This document shows positions 42,043 through 53,000 of a stretch of DNA of 64,000 bases, in pieces. Below the pieces are notes generated by a model. It saw only the letters and a program-made list of their open reading frames with translations, had not been told where the DNA came from and did no database searches. Within the stretch, counting starts at the first letter, position 1. Every line of letters begins with the position of its first letter. The DNA is from an uncultured Alphaproteobacteria bacterium (GTDB taxonomy: Bacteria > Pseudomonadota > Alphaproteobacteria > Methylaequorales > Methylaequoraceae): positions 5,911-69,910 of the forward strand of contig CACJRF010000006.1 of the NCBI GenBank assembly GCA_902595755.1, written 5' to 3'. Both the position numbers and the translations under genes were made by a program.

Positions 42043-43493
42043 TGGAATACTTAATAGAAGGAAAAACTGGTAACTGGGAACTTGTAATTGGTTTAGAGGT
42101 ACATGCTCAAATAAGCGCAAACTCAAAACTATTTTCTGGTGCATCTACCGACTGGGGAGCTGATCCAAATTCCCAGGTTGAATTGGTTGACTCTGGTATG
42201 CCTGGAGCACTTCCAGTAATTAATAAACATTGTATTGATCAGGCAATACTCACAGGTATAAGTTTAAATGCACAGATTAATAAAAAATCTATTTTTGATA
42301 GAAAAAACTATTTTTATCCTGACCTACCTCAAGGCTACCAAATTTCGCAGTTTGAATTTCCAATTGTTGGCAAAGGACATCTAAATATAGAAATAGATGG
42401 AGTTGAAAAATCAATTGGTATAACTAGACTGCACTTGGAGCAGGACGCAGGTAAAAGTCTTCATGATCAAGATATTGACAACTCATTTATTGATTTAAAC
42501 AGATCAGGTTGTGCATTGATGGAAATTGTATCAGAACCAGATATGAGTAGTCCATCAGAGGCGGCAGAATATGTAAAAAAATTAAGGAATATACTTAGGT
42601 TCATAGGTACTTGTGATGGAAATATGGAAAAAGGAAATTTAAGAGCGGATGTTAATGTTTCAGTTAGAAGAAAAGGGGATGAATTGGGAACAAGATGTGA
42701 AATTAAAAACGTTAATTCAATTAAATTTATTCAACAGGCAATTGAATTTGAAGCAAGAAGACAAGTAGACCTAATTGAAAAAGGGGAAAAGATAATTCAG
42801 GAAACTAGACTATTTGATTCTAATAATCTTGAAACTAGATCAATGCGAGGTAAAGAAGAATCTCACGACTATAGATATTTCCCAGATCCAGATTTACCCC
42901 CATTAGTACTAAATGAAGAGGATATAGAGAAGTTGAGACTTAAACTTCCCGAGTTGCCAGATCAAAAGAAATCTAGATTTATAGAGGAGTTTGGAATAAC
43001 AGCATATGATGCGGAAATTTTGGTTACGGAGAAGTATGTGTCTGATTTTTTTGAACAGATTGTTGAAGGTAGGGACTCAAAAATTGTTATAAGTTGGATA
43101 ACCGTGGAATTATTTTCTTATTTAAAGAGGAAAAACGTCTCGTTAGAAGAGAGTAAAATTGGTCCTGAAAAAATTAGTAGTTTGTTAGATCTTATTATAT
43201 CTAATAAAATTTCTAATAGACAAGCTAAGGAAATTTTTGATGAATATTTAAAGAGTGATGTGAATGCTGATACTTTTATCGAGAAAAAAGGCCTGATTCA
43301 AATTTCAAATGAATCTGAAATTGAAGAATTAGTTGAAAAGGTTTTAAAGGAAAATCCAAAAATGCTAGAGCAGTATAAAAGCGGGAAAGATAAGCTATTT
43401 GGTTTTTTTATAGGACAAGTAATGAAACTTTCTAATGGTAAAGCAAATCCAAAAATGGTAAATGAAACCTTAAAAAGGAAGCTTTCCCTTTGA
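42042..43493 (+). CDS. gatB: Asp/Glu-tRNA amidotransferase subunit B
   Basis: IGLEVHAQ, YFYPDLP, LEQDAGKS, DYRYFPDPDL; TGATG coupling with gatA. Confidence 0.98.
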   Translation: MEYLIEGKTGNWELVIGLEVHAQISANSKLFSGASTDWGADPNSQVELVDSGMPGALPVINKHCIDQAILTGISLNAQINKKSIFDRKNYFYPDLPQGYQISQFEFPIVGKGHLNIEIDGVEKSIGITRLHLEQDAGKSLHDQDIDNSFIDLNRSGCALMEIVSEPDMSSPSEAAEYVKKLRNILRFIGTCDGNMEKGNLRADVNVSVRRKGDELGTRCEIKNVNSIKFIQQAIEFEARRQVDLIEKGEKIIQETRLFDSNNLETRSMRGKEESHDYRYFPDPDLPPLVLNEEDIEKLRLKLPELPDQKKSRFIEEFGITAYDAEILVTEKYVSDFFEQIVEGRDSKIVISWITVELFSYLKRKNVSLEESKIGPEKISSLLDLIISNKISNRQAKEIFDEYLKSDVNADTFIEKKGLIQISNESEIEELVEKVLKENPKMLEQYKSGKDKLFGFFIGQVMKLSNGKANPKMVNETLKRKLSL

Positions 43494-43498
43494 TGTAT

Positions 43499-43590
43499 GG
43501 AGAGGTGGCCGAGTGGCTGAAGGCGACGGTTTGCTAAACCGTTATAGGTGGTAACACCTATCGTGGGTTCGAATCCCATCCTCTCCGCCA
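43499..43590 (+). tRNA. tRNA-Ser(GCT)
   Basis: GGAGAGG acceptor pairs with CCTCTCC; anticodon arm ACGGT-TTGCTAA-ACCGT; long variable arm; GTTCGAATCC; encoded CCA. Confidence 0.97.
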
Positions 43591-43833
43591 TTAACTTCAA
43601 ATTTACTATTATGTGCTCAGAGTGTGGATCAGTTCAAACATATTTTATGTTCTCTTATTATCAGCTTTCAATGCTATGTATTTTTCTATTCTTGGGAGGC
43701 AGCCTCAATCTTTCAAAAACACCTTAGAAGTGTTTGAGATTCTCAAGTGCAAATTACTTTTCTTCGAGCTAATCAATACGATCAAACCAAGTTAAATTGT
43801 TTAGTGAGGGTAATTATGAAGGTAAATTTTAAA

Positions 43834-44277
43834 TTATGGTAAAATTGTGGTAGAAAATGTTTTTGAAAGAATATAAAAATATATAATATTTCCTATGTAA
43901 TAAAGTATTCCAAGAATTAGAATAGAATATGAGGTTACGGTAAGTCTCATGCCTATGCGTCTTTTTTTTAAATCCTCATTTACATTTGAGATTGAATTGG
44001 CATGAATCCGTCTTCCCACGCACATAATTAATAAAGATAAAAAACATATAAAATGATAGTTATTAAAATATAGAATTAGACTTAAAAAAAGATTAAAAGG
44101 TACCGTTTCACAAAAATTAGAATGTGCTCTGATTGCTCTTTCTAATTTTTCACCTTTGTATCCTAAAGTTGTTTTTGTTTCTCTTCTATGTGAAACTACA
44201 TTCCGAAATAAAGAAAAGTATAGAGCTAAAAGATAAAACACTGACAAAAGATAAAGAATTTCAAATATAATATTCAT
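43834..44277 (-). CDS. MAPEG family membrane protein
   Basis: LGY...ERAIRAHSNFCETVPF...GRRIHA...RRIGM. Confidence 0.85.
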   Translation of the reverse strand: MNIIFEILYLLSVFYLLALYFSLFRNVVSHRRETKTTLGYKGEKLERAIRAHSNFCETVPFNLFLSLILYFNNYHFICFLSLLIMCVGRRIHANSISNVNEDLKKRRIGMRLTVTSYSILILGILYYIGNIIYFYILSKTFSTTILP

Positions 44278-44333
44278 ATCGTTTTTCTTGGTGTATATAC
44301 TAAAATTTACTATCTATTATATAGGTTTATAAA

Positions 44334-45752
44334 ATGAAAAATAAAGTTTCAATTCATTGGTTTAGGCAGGACCTTAGAATTCAGGATAATCCATCACTGA
44401 ACCATCTTTCCAAAAACTATGAAAATATTGTTTGCGTATATATTCTTGACGAAATTAATTGTGATAGAACTATTGGTTCTGCGAGTAAGGTCTGGTTACA
44501 CAATGCACTTGAGGATTTAAATCAGCAATTAAATGGAAATCTGATTTTTTTATCTGGTGATCCTTTAAAAGTTTTAGATGAACTAACGAATTTTTTTGAT
44601 GTTGAAGAAATTTCTTGGAATAGGTGTTACGAGTCATGGACGATCAATAGAGATAAAAAAATCAAAGAATATTTAAAAAAAAAAATAAAGGTAAGTTCCT
44701 TTAATGGTTTATTACTATGGGAACCTTGGGAAGTTTTAAAAGATAATGGAACCCCTTATAAAGTTTTTACACCTTACTACAAAAGAGGTTGCCTTTCTAA
44801 ACCACCACCAAGAGAACCTAAGGAGACTAATTTAAAAATTTATGATCATAATTTCAAACAAACTTCTCTTAAAGATTTAAAACTTCTTAAAAATAAAAAA
44901 TGGGAAGAGAAAATACTTACAAACTGGAAGATTAGTGAAGTAGAGGCAAAAAATACCATGAAATCTTTTTTTTTAAATGGTGTAAGTGATTATTCTGAGG
45001 GTAGAAATTTTCCTTCAAAGAAGAATGTTTCAAGGCTATCTCCATATATTCATTGGGGACAAATTTCAGTAAATACTCTTTGGCATAATGCAATGAAAAT
45101 TTCAAGAACAATAAATTCTAATAGTGCAGAAGTTTTTATGAGTGAGTTAGGATGGAGAGAGTTTGCATATTATCTTTTATTCCATTCTCCTAATTTACAA
45201 ACTAAGAATCTACAAAATAAATTTGATAGATTCCCATGGAATAATGATGAAAGGTTTTATAATGCCTGGATTAGGGGTAAAACTGGATACCCCATAATAG
45301 ATGCAGGTATGAGGGAGTTATGGCAAACTGGTTATATGCATAACAGAGTCAGGATGATAGTTGGATCATTCCTAGTAAAAAACCTCTTACATGATTGGAG
45401 AAGAGGTGAAGCTTGGTTCTGGGATTGTTTATTCGATGCAAGCACCGCTAGCAATTCAGCCAGCTGGCAGTGGGTAGCAGGGACTGGAACAGACTCCACA
45501 CCATATTTCAGAATCTTTAATCCAATTACACAATCTCAAAAATTTGATCCTGATGGAGCATACATAAGAAAATTTATCCCAGAAATTAAAAAACTCCCTA
45601 ATAAATATATTTTCAGTCCTTGGGAAACGCCTATTAATCTTCAACAAGAATTAAGTACAATTGTAGGACAGGATTATCCTAGGCCTATCGTGGAAATAAA
45701 GAGCTCCAGAGAGCTTGCCCTGAGTGCTTTTGCATCAATTAAACAAAATTGA
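44334..45752 (+). CDS. phrB: CPD DNA photolyase (class I/III-like)
   Basis: HWFRQDLRIQDN, SRLSPYIHWG, ELGWRE, MHNRVRMIV, WQWVAG...PYFRIFNP. Confidence 0.93.
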   Translation: MKNKVSIHWFRQDLRIQDNPSLNHLSKNYENIVCVYILDEINCDRTIGSASKVWLHNALEDLNQQLNGNLIFLSGDPLKVLDELTNFFDVEEISWNRCYESWTINRDKKIKEYLKKKIKVSSFNGLLLWEPWEVLKDNGTPYKVFTPYYKRGCLSKPPPREPKETNLKIYDHNFKQTSLKDLKLLKNKKWEEKILTNWKISEVEAKNTMKSFFLNGVSDYSEGRNFPSKKNVSRLSPYIHWGQISVNTLWHNAMKISRTINSNSAEVFMSELGWREFAYYLLFHSPNLQTKNLQNKFDRFPWNNDERFYNAWIRGKTGYPIIDAGMRELWQTGYMHNRVRMIVGSFLVKNLLHDWRRGEAWFWDCLFDASTASNSASWQWVAGTGTDSTPYFRIFNPITQSQKFDPDGAYIRKFIPEIKKLPNKYIFSPWETPINLQQELSTIVGQDYPRPIVEIKSSRELALSAFASIKQN

Positions 45753-45753
45753 A

Positions 45754-47238
45754 ATGAAAAAGATTTTTTTAATATTAGGTAATCAACTTTTTAATCCTGA
45801 TTTTTTGAGTAAGTACAAAAAAGATCATATTTTTTATATGGCTGAGGATTATGGCCTATGTTCATACGAAAAGCATCACAAACATAAAATAATATTTTTT
45901 TTGTCCTGTATGCGCTCTTTCAGAGATGAGCTAACGAAAAAGGGTTTTAAAATTATTTATAAAACCATCGATGAGAATGATTTTAAGATTGAATATACAA
46001 AAAAGTTAAAAGAAGAAATGATGAAAAGAGAAATAAAGGAAATTTCAGCCTTTGAGATCGAAGATAAAGTATTTGAAGAAAGAATTTTAAATTTTTGTAA
46101 AGATCTAAAACTCAATTATATAAATTCACCACAGTTTCTTACCAAAAGGGATGAATTCAAAAAGTACCTCCAAACAGTTAAAAAACCATTTATGGCTAGT
46201 TTTTACAAAACCCAAAGAATAAAATATAAAATTTTGGTAGATGAGCAAAACAAACCTATTGGAGATAAATGGAGCTTTGATAATGAAAACAGAAAAAAAA
46301 TGCCAAAAAACGTTGATATTCCCAAGAAGTTTAGTTTTCATGAAACACAACATACGAAAGACTTAAAAGATATAGTTGATGAATTATTTAAAAAAAATCC
46401 GGGAAGTGTTGAAGATTTTTGGATTGGTACAAGAAGAGAAGATTCAATAAAATTTTTTGAATATTTTCTAAAATTTAAATTCAACTTATTTGGTGATTAT
46501 GAAGATGCAGTTGATCAAAGGGATAATATTTTATTTCATTCAGCATTAAGCCCATTTATCAACATTGGGTTAATAACTCCGGCAGAGATATTATCAAAAC
46601 TTAAGGAATTAAAAGTAAAGGTTAATATAAATTCTTATGAGGGTTATGTAAGGCAGATTATTGGATGGCGAGAATTTATAAGAGGGGTTTATAGAGAGTA
46701 TAGCGATGAATTTGAAGAAAAAAATTTTTTCAATCACAAAAGAAAGATGAAAAATACCTGGTATCATGGAACAACCGGCATACCTCCTCTTGATCATTCT
46801 ATTAAAAATGCAATTAAATATGGATGGACTCACCATATTGAGAGACTCATGATATTGAGTAATATAATGAATCTTGCAGGCATTCATCCAAAGAATATTT
46901 ATAAATGGTTTATGGAAATGTTTATAGATTCTTCGGAATGGGTTATGGTCCCGAATGTTTATGGAATGGGTTTATTTAGTGACGGAGGAATTTTTGCTAC
47001 GAAACCATATATTTGTGGATCAGCATATTTTCTAAAAATGATGGATTTTAAAAAAGGTGAATGGTGTGATGTAATGGATGGACTATATTGGAATTTTATT
47101 GACAGAAATAGAGATTTTTTTCTTAAAAACCCAAGATTGTCAATGATGGTGAGAGTTTTAGATAAAATGAAGGACGATAGGAAAAAGAGAATTTTTGATA
47201 GTGCAAACAAATTCATTGATGAAAATACAATATCTTAA
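45754..47238 (+). CDS. Bacterial (6-4) photolyase/CryB family protein, apparently lacking the 4Fe-4S ligands
   Basis: ATG at 45754; [55 protein letters not shown]. Confidence 0.9.
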   Translation: MKKIFLILGNQLFNPDFLSKYKKDHIFYMAEDYGLCSYEKHHKHKIIFFLSCMRSFRDELTKKGFKIIYKTIDENDFKIEYTKKLKEEMMKREIKEISAFEIEDKVFEERILNFCKDLKLNYINSPQFLTKRDEFKKYLQTVKKPFMASFYKTQRIKYKILVDEQNKPIGDKWSFDNENRKKMPKNVDIPKKFSFHETQHTKDLKDIVDELFKKNPGSVEDFWIGTRREDSIKFFEYFLKFKFNLFGDYEDAVDQRDNILFHSALSPFINIGLITPAEILSKLKELKVKVNINSYEGYVRQIIGWREFIRGVYREYSDEFEEKNFFNHKRKMKNTWYHGTTGIPPLDHSIKNAIKYGWTHHIERLMILSNIMNLAGIHPKNIYKWFMEMFIDSSEWVMVPNVYGMGLFSDGGIFATKPYICGSAYFLKMMDFKKGEWCDVMDGLYWNFIDRNRDFFLKNPRLSMMVRVLDKMKDDRKKRIFDSANKFIDENTIS

Positions 47239-47375
47239 TGGCACATAAAAAAAAAAGGTTAGAGTCTAAAATTTGTATAGTTTGCAAGAAGGAATTCTTT
47301 TGGAGGAAAAAATGGGAAAGAGACTGGGGGAATGTAAAGTATTGTTCTAAAAGTTGTTCAACTAAATCTACTTAA
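47238..47375 (+). CDS. DUF2256 family 4-Cys mini-protein (45 aa; not in ORF track)
   Basis: TAATG-coupled to the photolyase; [45 protein letters not shown]. Confidence 0.88.
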   Translation: MAHKKKRLESKICIVCKKEFFWRKKWERDWGNVKYCSKSCSTKST

Positions 47376-48015
47376 GTTTGGTATATCTTAAATATGGCTT
47401 AACAGAAGTGAAAGAATCAAACATTTTTTTTGCCTCGTCATCTGATACGGCAGGTATAATGATTACCTCGTCACCTTTTTTCCAATTTACAGGAGTAGCA
47501 ACCTTAGTTTTTGATGTTAATTGAATTGAATCTAAAACTCTTAGAATTTCATCAAAATTTCTTCCAGTTGTCATTGGGTAGGTTAGCATCATTCTTATTT
47601 TTTTTTCAGGGTCAATTAAAAAAACTGATCTTACTGTAGCATTTGTTATTGCAGTTCTGTTGGTGTTGGCAACTTCATCTGCAGGAAGCATATTAAATGC
47701 CTTTGCTACTTCTAAATTTGAATCAGATATTAAAGGATAGTCAAGTTTAGTATCAGCAACATCTTCTATATCTTTCTTCCAAGAAAGATGATCCTCTACT
47801 GAGTCGATACTTAATCCTAAAATCTTACAATCTCTTTTTTCAAATTCTTCTTTAATATTTGCCATATATCCAAGTTCAGTTGTACAAACTGGTGTAAAAT
47901 CTTTTGGATGCGAAAAAAGTACTGCCCAAGAATTATTAATAAAGTCATGAAAATTAATAATACCATGAGTTGATTCAGCATCAAAATCAGGAGCAATATC
48001 ATTTATTCTAAGCAT
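47368..48015 (-). CDS. 1-Cys peroxiredoxin (Prx6/LsfA type)
   Basis: [41 protein letters not shown]. Confidence 0.95.
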   Translation of the reverse strand: MLRINDIAPDFDAESTHGIINFHDFINNSWAVLFSHPKDFTPVCTTELGYMANIKEEFEKRDCKILGLSIDSVEDHLSWKKDIEDVADTKLDYPLISDSNLEVAKAFNMLPADEVANTNRTAITNATVRSVFLIDPEKKIRMMLTYPMTTGRNFDEILRVLDSIQLTSKTKVATPVNWKKGDEVIIIPAVSDDEAKKMFDSFTSVKPYLRYTKLK

Positions 48016-48068
48016 TTCAATATAATAAATAAAAATTCTACAAAAAACACTAACTTTTTGTTAGAAAA

Positions 48069-48926
48069 TTAAAAAATATAAAATATCCCAATCGATAAAA
48101 TTAAAACTCCAACGACTTTCTGAATAGTTATTTTTTCTTTAAAGATTATATATCCAAAAATTACTGCACATACTTGTCCAATTGTTCTTTTAATTGATTC
48201 CATAATTGGAACATAATTTTCAAGAATTGAGTAAAATTGAAGGATAGTTGCGGTAGTCCCAATTAGTAATGTAATTATAATTAAACTACTTGATCTTAAG
48301 GGGAAATTTAAGGTTTTAATTTCCTTAACTGAAATTGATACTAGAGCTAATAGCATTCCCAGTGACTGAAATAATCCGTGATAGTTTATAGGTGTATATT
48401 TAAGACAAATTTTATCAATGACAGGAGTTACACTCCAGAAAATTGATACTATGACCATTAATTTTGCACCCTTATTTTCTTTTATAATCATAAAACTTCT
48501 AAAAAAAGAATTTAGAGTTAATTCCTTTGTATACAGAGTCAATGTTCCTAACACTATACTTAATATTCCAAAATATTGCGTAAGTAAGAGTTTTTCATTC
48601 AAAAATAATAACGAAAATAAAGAACTAAATATAGGCGTGAGTGAGAGTAGGGGTATTGTTAAACTTAAATCTGAATGAAGAATTGATTTTAAAAAAAAAA
48701 TAGCTGAAATTACACTTATAAAAATAAGAATAATTCCTGGTAAAACGTAATTATATGAGAAGTAAAAATTTTTTTCATACAAAGTCCATACGAAAAAAAT
48801 TATAACTTGTGCGATCATAAAAAAAGAAAGCAAGATTTTGGGATGTAAATACTTAAGAGATAACTTTCTAGTAATATCAAAAAAAGCCCAAAATAGACCA
48901 TTAAGTATGCAAAAAAGTAAACCCAT
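48069..48926 (-). CDS. EamA/DMT family transporter
   Basis: Ten-TM two-repeat pattern, each repeat ending LFLNEK / IIFKEK. Confidence 0.85.
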   Translation of the reverse strand: MGLLFCILNGLFWAFFDITRKLSLKYLHPKILLSFFMIAQVIIFFVWTLYEKNFYFSYNYVLPGIILIFISVISAIFFLKSILHSDLSLTIPLLSLTPIFSSLFSLLFLNEKLLLTQYFGILSIVLGTLTLYTKELTLNSFFRSFMIIKENKGAKLMVIVSIFWSVTPVIDKICLKYTPINYHGLFQSLGMLLALVSISVKEIKTLNFPLRSSSLIIITLLIGTTATILQFYSILENYVPIMESIKRTIGQVCAVIFGYIIFKEKITIQKVVGVLILSIGIFYIF

Positions 48927-49184
48927 GAAATCAAAATTATTAATTTTTTATTTTTAGTTCAAGTTTATAATTTTGTACAGAGAGTCTAGTCTAGAAAGTT
49001 GGACGAAAATATCAGGTATATCTATAGCCTTAAAAATTATGAAGAAAAGAGTATTCCATGTTTTCTTAATTTTTTTTAGGATAAAATATTTAAGTCTAGA
49101 AAGTAAAGAAGCTTTGAAGCTTACTTATTTGCCTAGATAAATTTATAGTTCTAGAACATAAAAATACTCTAATCAAATTAGTGA

Positions 49185-49976
49185 CTACATTCCAGGTAGT
49201 CTCATCAAACTTGCTCCAACAGAGTCAAGTTCTTCTGTCATTTGAATCATTTTTACGTGCATCTCGAATTTTCGTTGTTGGTCTATAGTGTTAACCATTT
49301 CTTCAACAGCATTTACATTACTTTTTTCAAGCGTGCCAGCTACTAACTTTCCCTGATTATTAGGAACTATTTCAGCAAGACTAATTTGTCCATTTTCATC
49401 GGGCTCGGTTTGTAATCTTATGTGACCATCTAGTGTTTTTTTTAATTGATCGTTCTCACCAGGAACAAAAGTAGCTATTAAAGCTGCGTTTATTGGCAAA
49501 GCATCTGGTTCAGCCCCAGTTGGTTCAATAATTATCTCGCCATTTGGTGATATGTCAATTCTTCTAAATGCTGGAAGAACGATTGGTTGAAGTCCATCAT
49601 CTAATATTTTATTTCCTGCACCATCAAGTAATTCTCCATTTTCACTAGTTTGCAAATCACCTCTTCTTGATAAAGCCGGGTTTCCACCATCCCTTGGTTC
49701 TATTAAGAAATATCCGTTTCCATCAAGTGCCACATCTAATGGGTTTCCAGTAGTTTCCATTGAACCCTGTTGGGTTGAAAAACCACCCACATTTCTAGCT
49801 GAAACGATTCTAGGTTCCACTCCGTTTTGTCTATTTAGATAAATTGAACCAAAATCTGTAACAACATCTTGACGATAACCAGGAGTGCTAAGGTTCGATA
49901 AATTATGAGAAGTGGCAGTTTGATTTTCCATTAACATTTTTAAGCTATTCAAAGCAGTTTGTGCCATTCTATCCAT
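49185..49976 (-). CDS. flgF: Flagellar proximal rod protein FlgF
   Basis: SHNLSNLSTPGY, TGNPLDVALDGNGYF, SRRGD, LEKSNVNAVEEM, QRKFEM; follows flgE. Confidence 0.9.
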   Translation of the reverse strand: MDRMAQTALNSLKMLMENQTATSHNLSNLSTPGYRQDVVTDFGSIYLNRQNGVEPRIVSARNVGGFSTQQGSMETTGNPLDVALDGNGYFLIEPRDGGNPALSRRGDLQTSENGELLDGAGNKILDDGLQPIVLPAFRRIDISPNGEIIIEPTGAEPDALPINAALIATFVPGENDQLKKTLDGHIRLQTEPDENGQISLAEIVPNNQGKLVAGTLEKSNVNAVEEMVNTIDQQRKFEMHVKMIQMTEELDSVGASLMRLPGM

Positions 49977-50005
49977 AATTTATCTCCTAATAAATTTTAC
50001 AAAAA

Positions 50006-53000
50006 TTACATTCTAATATTAACAATGGACTGAGTTGTTGCAGCAGTTGTTTCAATTGATTTAGCGTTTGCCTGAAAGTTTCTTTGCGCTGTAATTAAAT
50101 TTACAAGCTCTTCAGTAATATCAACATTTGATCTTTCAAGTGAACCTGAAAGAACAGTACCAAAACCCTCTGCACCAGCTTCACCAACCGTTGCAGTTCC
50201 TGATACAGCTGTTTCAACATAGGTAGCATTACCGATTTGTTTTAAACCATTTTGGTTGTTAAAGTTCGCTAGAACAATTTTTCCCAATGGGTTATTTTGT
50301 CCATTTGTATAGTTGGCTCTAACTGTTCCTGATGCATCAATTTCTAGACCATCTAATCGTCCTGATGTAAAACCATCCTGATTCACAGTTGATACAAAGA
50401 AAGGTTGTGCAAGCTGTGTGGACTTAGTGAAATCGATATCTAGATCGATACTAAACCCCGCTTCTTGTTTCTCATAATGTACGCCCTGTTTAGGACTTAC
50501 AATACTACCGGATTTATCGAATGTTAATTCACCCTCATCAATGTACAAAGGAAAATATCCATCTACTAGGTTTGCTGGAGGTGTAGTTACTTTGTTGCCA
50601 TCTGCGTCCACAAAAAGATTAAGTCCTTCTGCGTTAGTTGCTTGTATTAGATTATAAATTTGTGGAACTGAACCCACACCTAAATCAACGTTATCGAGAC
50701 CAAACTTAGAGGCCCCTCTAACTTTAATAGTTGAATCCTTACCTGTTGTACCATTAGTGAATGTAAAACTGTTCGTATCAGAATTATATTTTACTGTGAT
50801 ACCACCACCCACAGTTCCAGATTCATCTTCAATTTGGTTGATTCTTTCTTGAAGAGCTTCTGCAAGTGTTGTTCCTACATAAAAACCTTGTGGTATTTCA
50901 ATTACTCCTGCCACACCATTAACTGATACGTTGAAAATGTTTTCATTTCCTAGATTTGATAACCTAAACACTTGTGTAAGATCCTCGGTAGCAGATGCCC
51001 CAACTGCTTGAGCGGGTTGAGCTGCTAAACCTTTTGCATCAGTTGTAATGGCATTAGTTTTAGTCACACCAATGCCTAAAAGGTTATTATCTCCTGAGAA
51101 AAAATCTGTACTATCAGTTACCGATCCATCAGTAGTAGATAGTAAGTATCTACCAACTACAATACTCGAAGCAGTTTGAGCTTCGGTAACTCCAATTGCT
51201 CCATTAGCGGCGATAGTTTCACCTGTAGTCCCGCTACTAAATTCAAAGGCTTTTAACTCACTATTATATCCAACTTTAACCCCAAATCGTTTGTCGTTAA
51301 GCTGAATTTCAGCACCATCAGCTACAAAAGTTCCTGCCGAAAATTTAACACCACCTCTAATGAGTGTTTCTGGAGTATCATCAGCTGTAGGAATACCTAA
51401 ATTATTCTCTGATGTTGCAGTTGTAGAACCAAAAATTTTAAAACTATTGAAATTACTATTTGTTCCTGTACCTATTAAGTTTCTATCAACCTCAAACTGA
51501 AGTCTTTGATTTAATACATCATAACTAACCTCTATCGGTGGATCTTTTTCATCTACCCAATGAGTGGCTGGTATCGTTTGATCATCAGTAGTTCCATCTC
51601 CATTCAGATATGTGTCTCTGGTGTTAGCATTTGTGTTTTCTCCTAGTCCAGTTAACTCGTAGGTATCTAATGTTGTGCCTGCCGATGTTTCAGTATCAGT
51701 AAGTGTGAATACTTCTACAAGATCATCAATAATATTTTTTGCAGCGCCCTCAGCAGTTGTTTTTGTAACCATGTCTGCATTGGTATAGTCGTGTTTTGTT
51801 GTAGATCCAATTTCTCTAATAACAATCTTTGAACTACTAAAATTTACTGGTGCTCCGGAGTAAACATTTTGTGCTCCTTCAAAAAATGCTTCAACAGCTG
51901 TCGATTGTTCTGAGTATATGTTAGCCGAGTCATTTGCATCGGCTACAGATAAAGAAAAATCAGAATCTGGAAAATTTAAACCTGCTGTACTTGCTTCTAC
52001 ATAATAATAGGTATTACCACCTGAAGTTTCAGTGCCAGTAGTTGAAATAGTAAATTCACGTCCATTTACAAAATCAGCATTCGCATTTTGCGTTGTGTCT
52101 GAATAAAATTTACCAATAAAACGTACTTTTTCGTTAGCAGTAAGAGCTGGGTCTGTTGTCCCAAAATAAAATCTTACAGTATTTTCTGATTGATCAAATT
52201 CAACTGCAGTTGTACTTGCGTTATCTCCTAACGAATCCATTTCATCATAAACATGAAGTTCAGGACTTTTTCCATAGTAGGAATAGGTAAGATGTCTTCC
52301 TGTTGAAAGAGAACCGTTTGCAGTAAGGTTTGCTGCTGTGTTTGATGTTGCGCTTGAACCATCATCAGCTGTTCTGTGATTAAAAGTAAAAGCTTGACTT
52401 TGGTCAAGTATCGTAGATATAGATTTACCAGAGGCCCTATAAAATAAACTATCTCCAACACCTAAAGCTGTAGCACTATTTACTGCGTCAGTAGATGGAG
52501 TTACTGCATATTCATTGAGAGCAGCATTTAGTCGAGCCTGAGCATGAGCTAGAAACTGTTCTCTTGTAAAATCAGGCGATGCCCCAGTTAATACTATTCC
52601 CTCTAAATTAGAGACATAAGAATCACTCAACAAGTCAACAGACACAGGTGTGGTCAGGCCTGTTGAAGTTCCATCTGCATTTAATTTTAGCAAATCAATA
52701 GTCAATGTGTCATCAACGTTTTGAACAATCTGAATTTTCTTATCATCACCATATGCAGAATTAATAGCTCTTTGAATCTCGGTTGATAATTGAGCAGCAT
52801 TATAAGAACCTGGTCTTATATCAATATTTACTGGTTGGTCACTATTATCAACATTAATAGTCATAAAATTTGTACCCCAATAAATACTTGAAGATGTATC
52901 TCCACTTTCTCTAGTTGAATTAAATTTCATTGGATCTGTAACAACAGTCACAGTTTTATCACCCTCTTCACCAAAATCGAAAGCACTAGATTCACCAGTT

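Noticed and set aside
43298-43600. 100-aa minus-strand ORF (MAERMGFEPT...LANRRLQPLGHLS)
   Set aside because: Typical antisense translation of a tRNA gene; overlaps tRNA-Ser and the gatB end.
43613-43795. 60-aa ORF after tRNA-Ser as a CDS or integrase remnant
   Set aside because: No RBS and no recombinase motif; kept only as part of the unexplained-gap finding.
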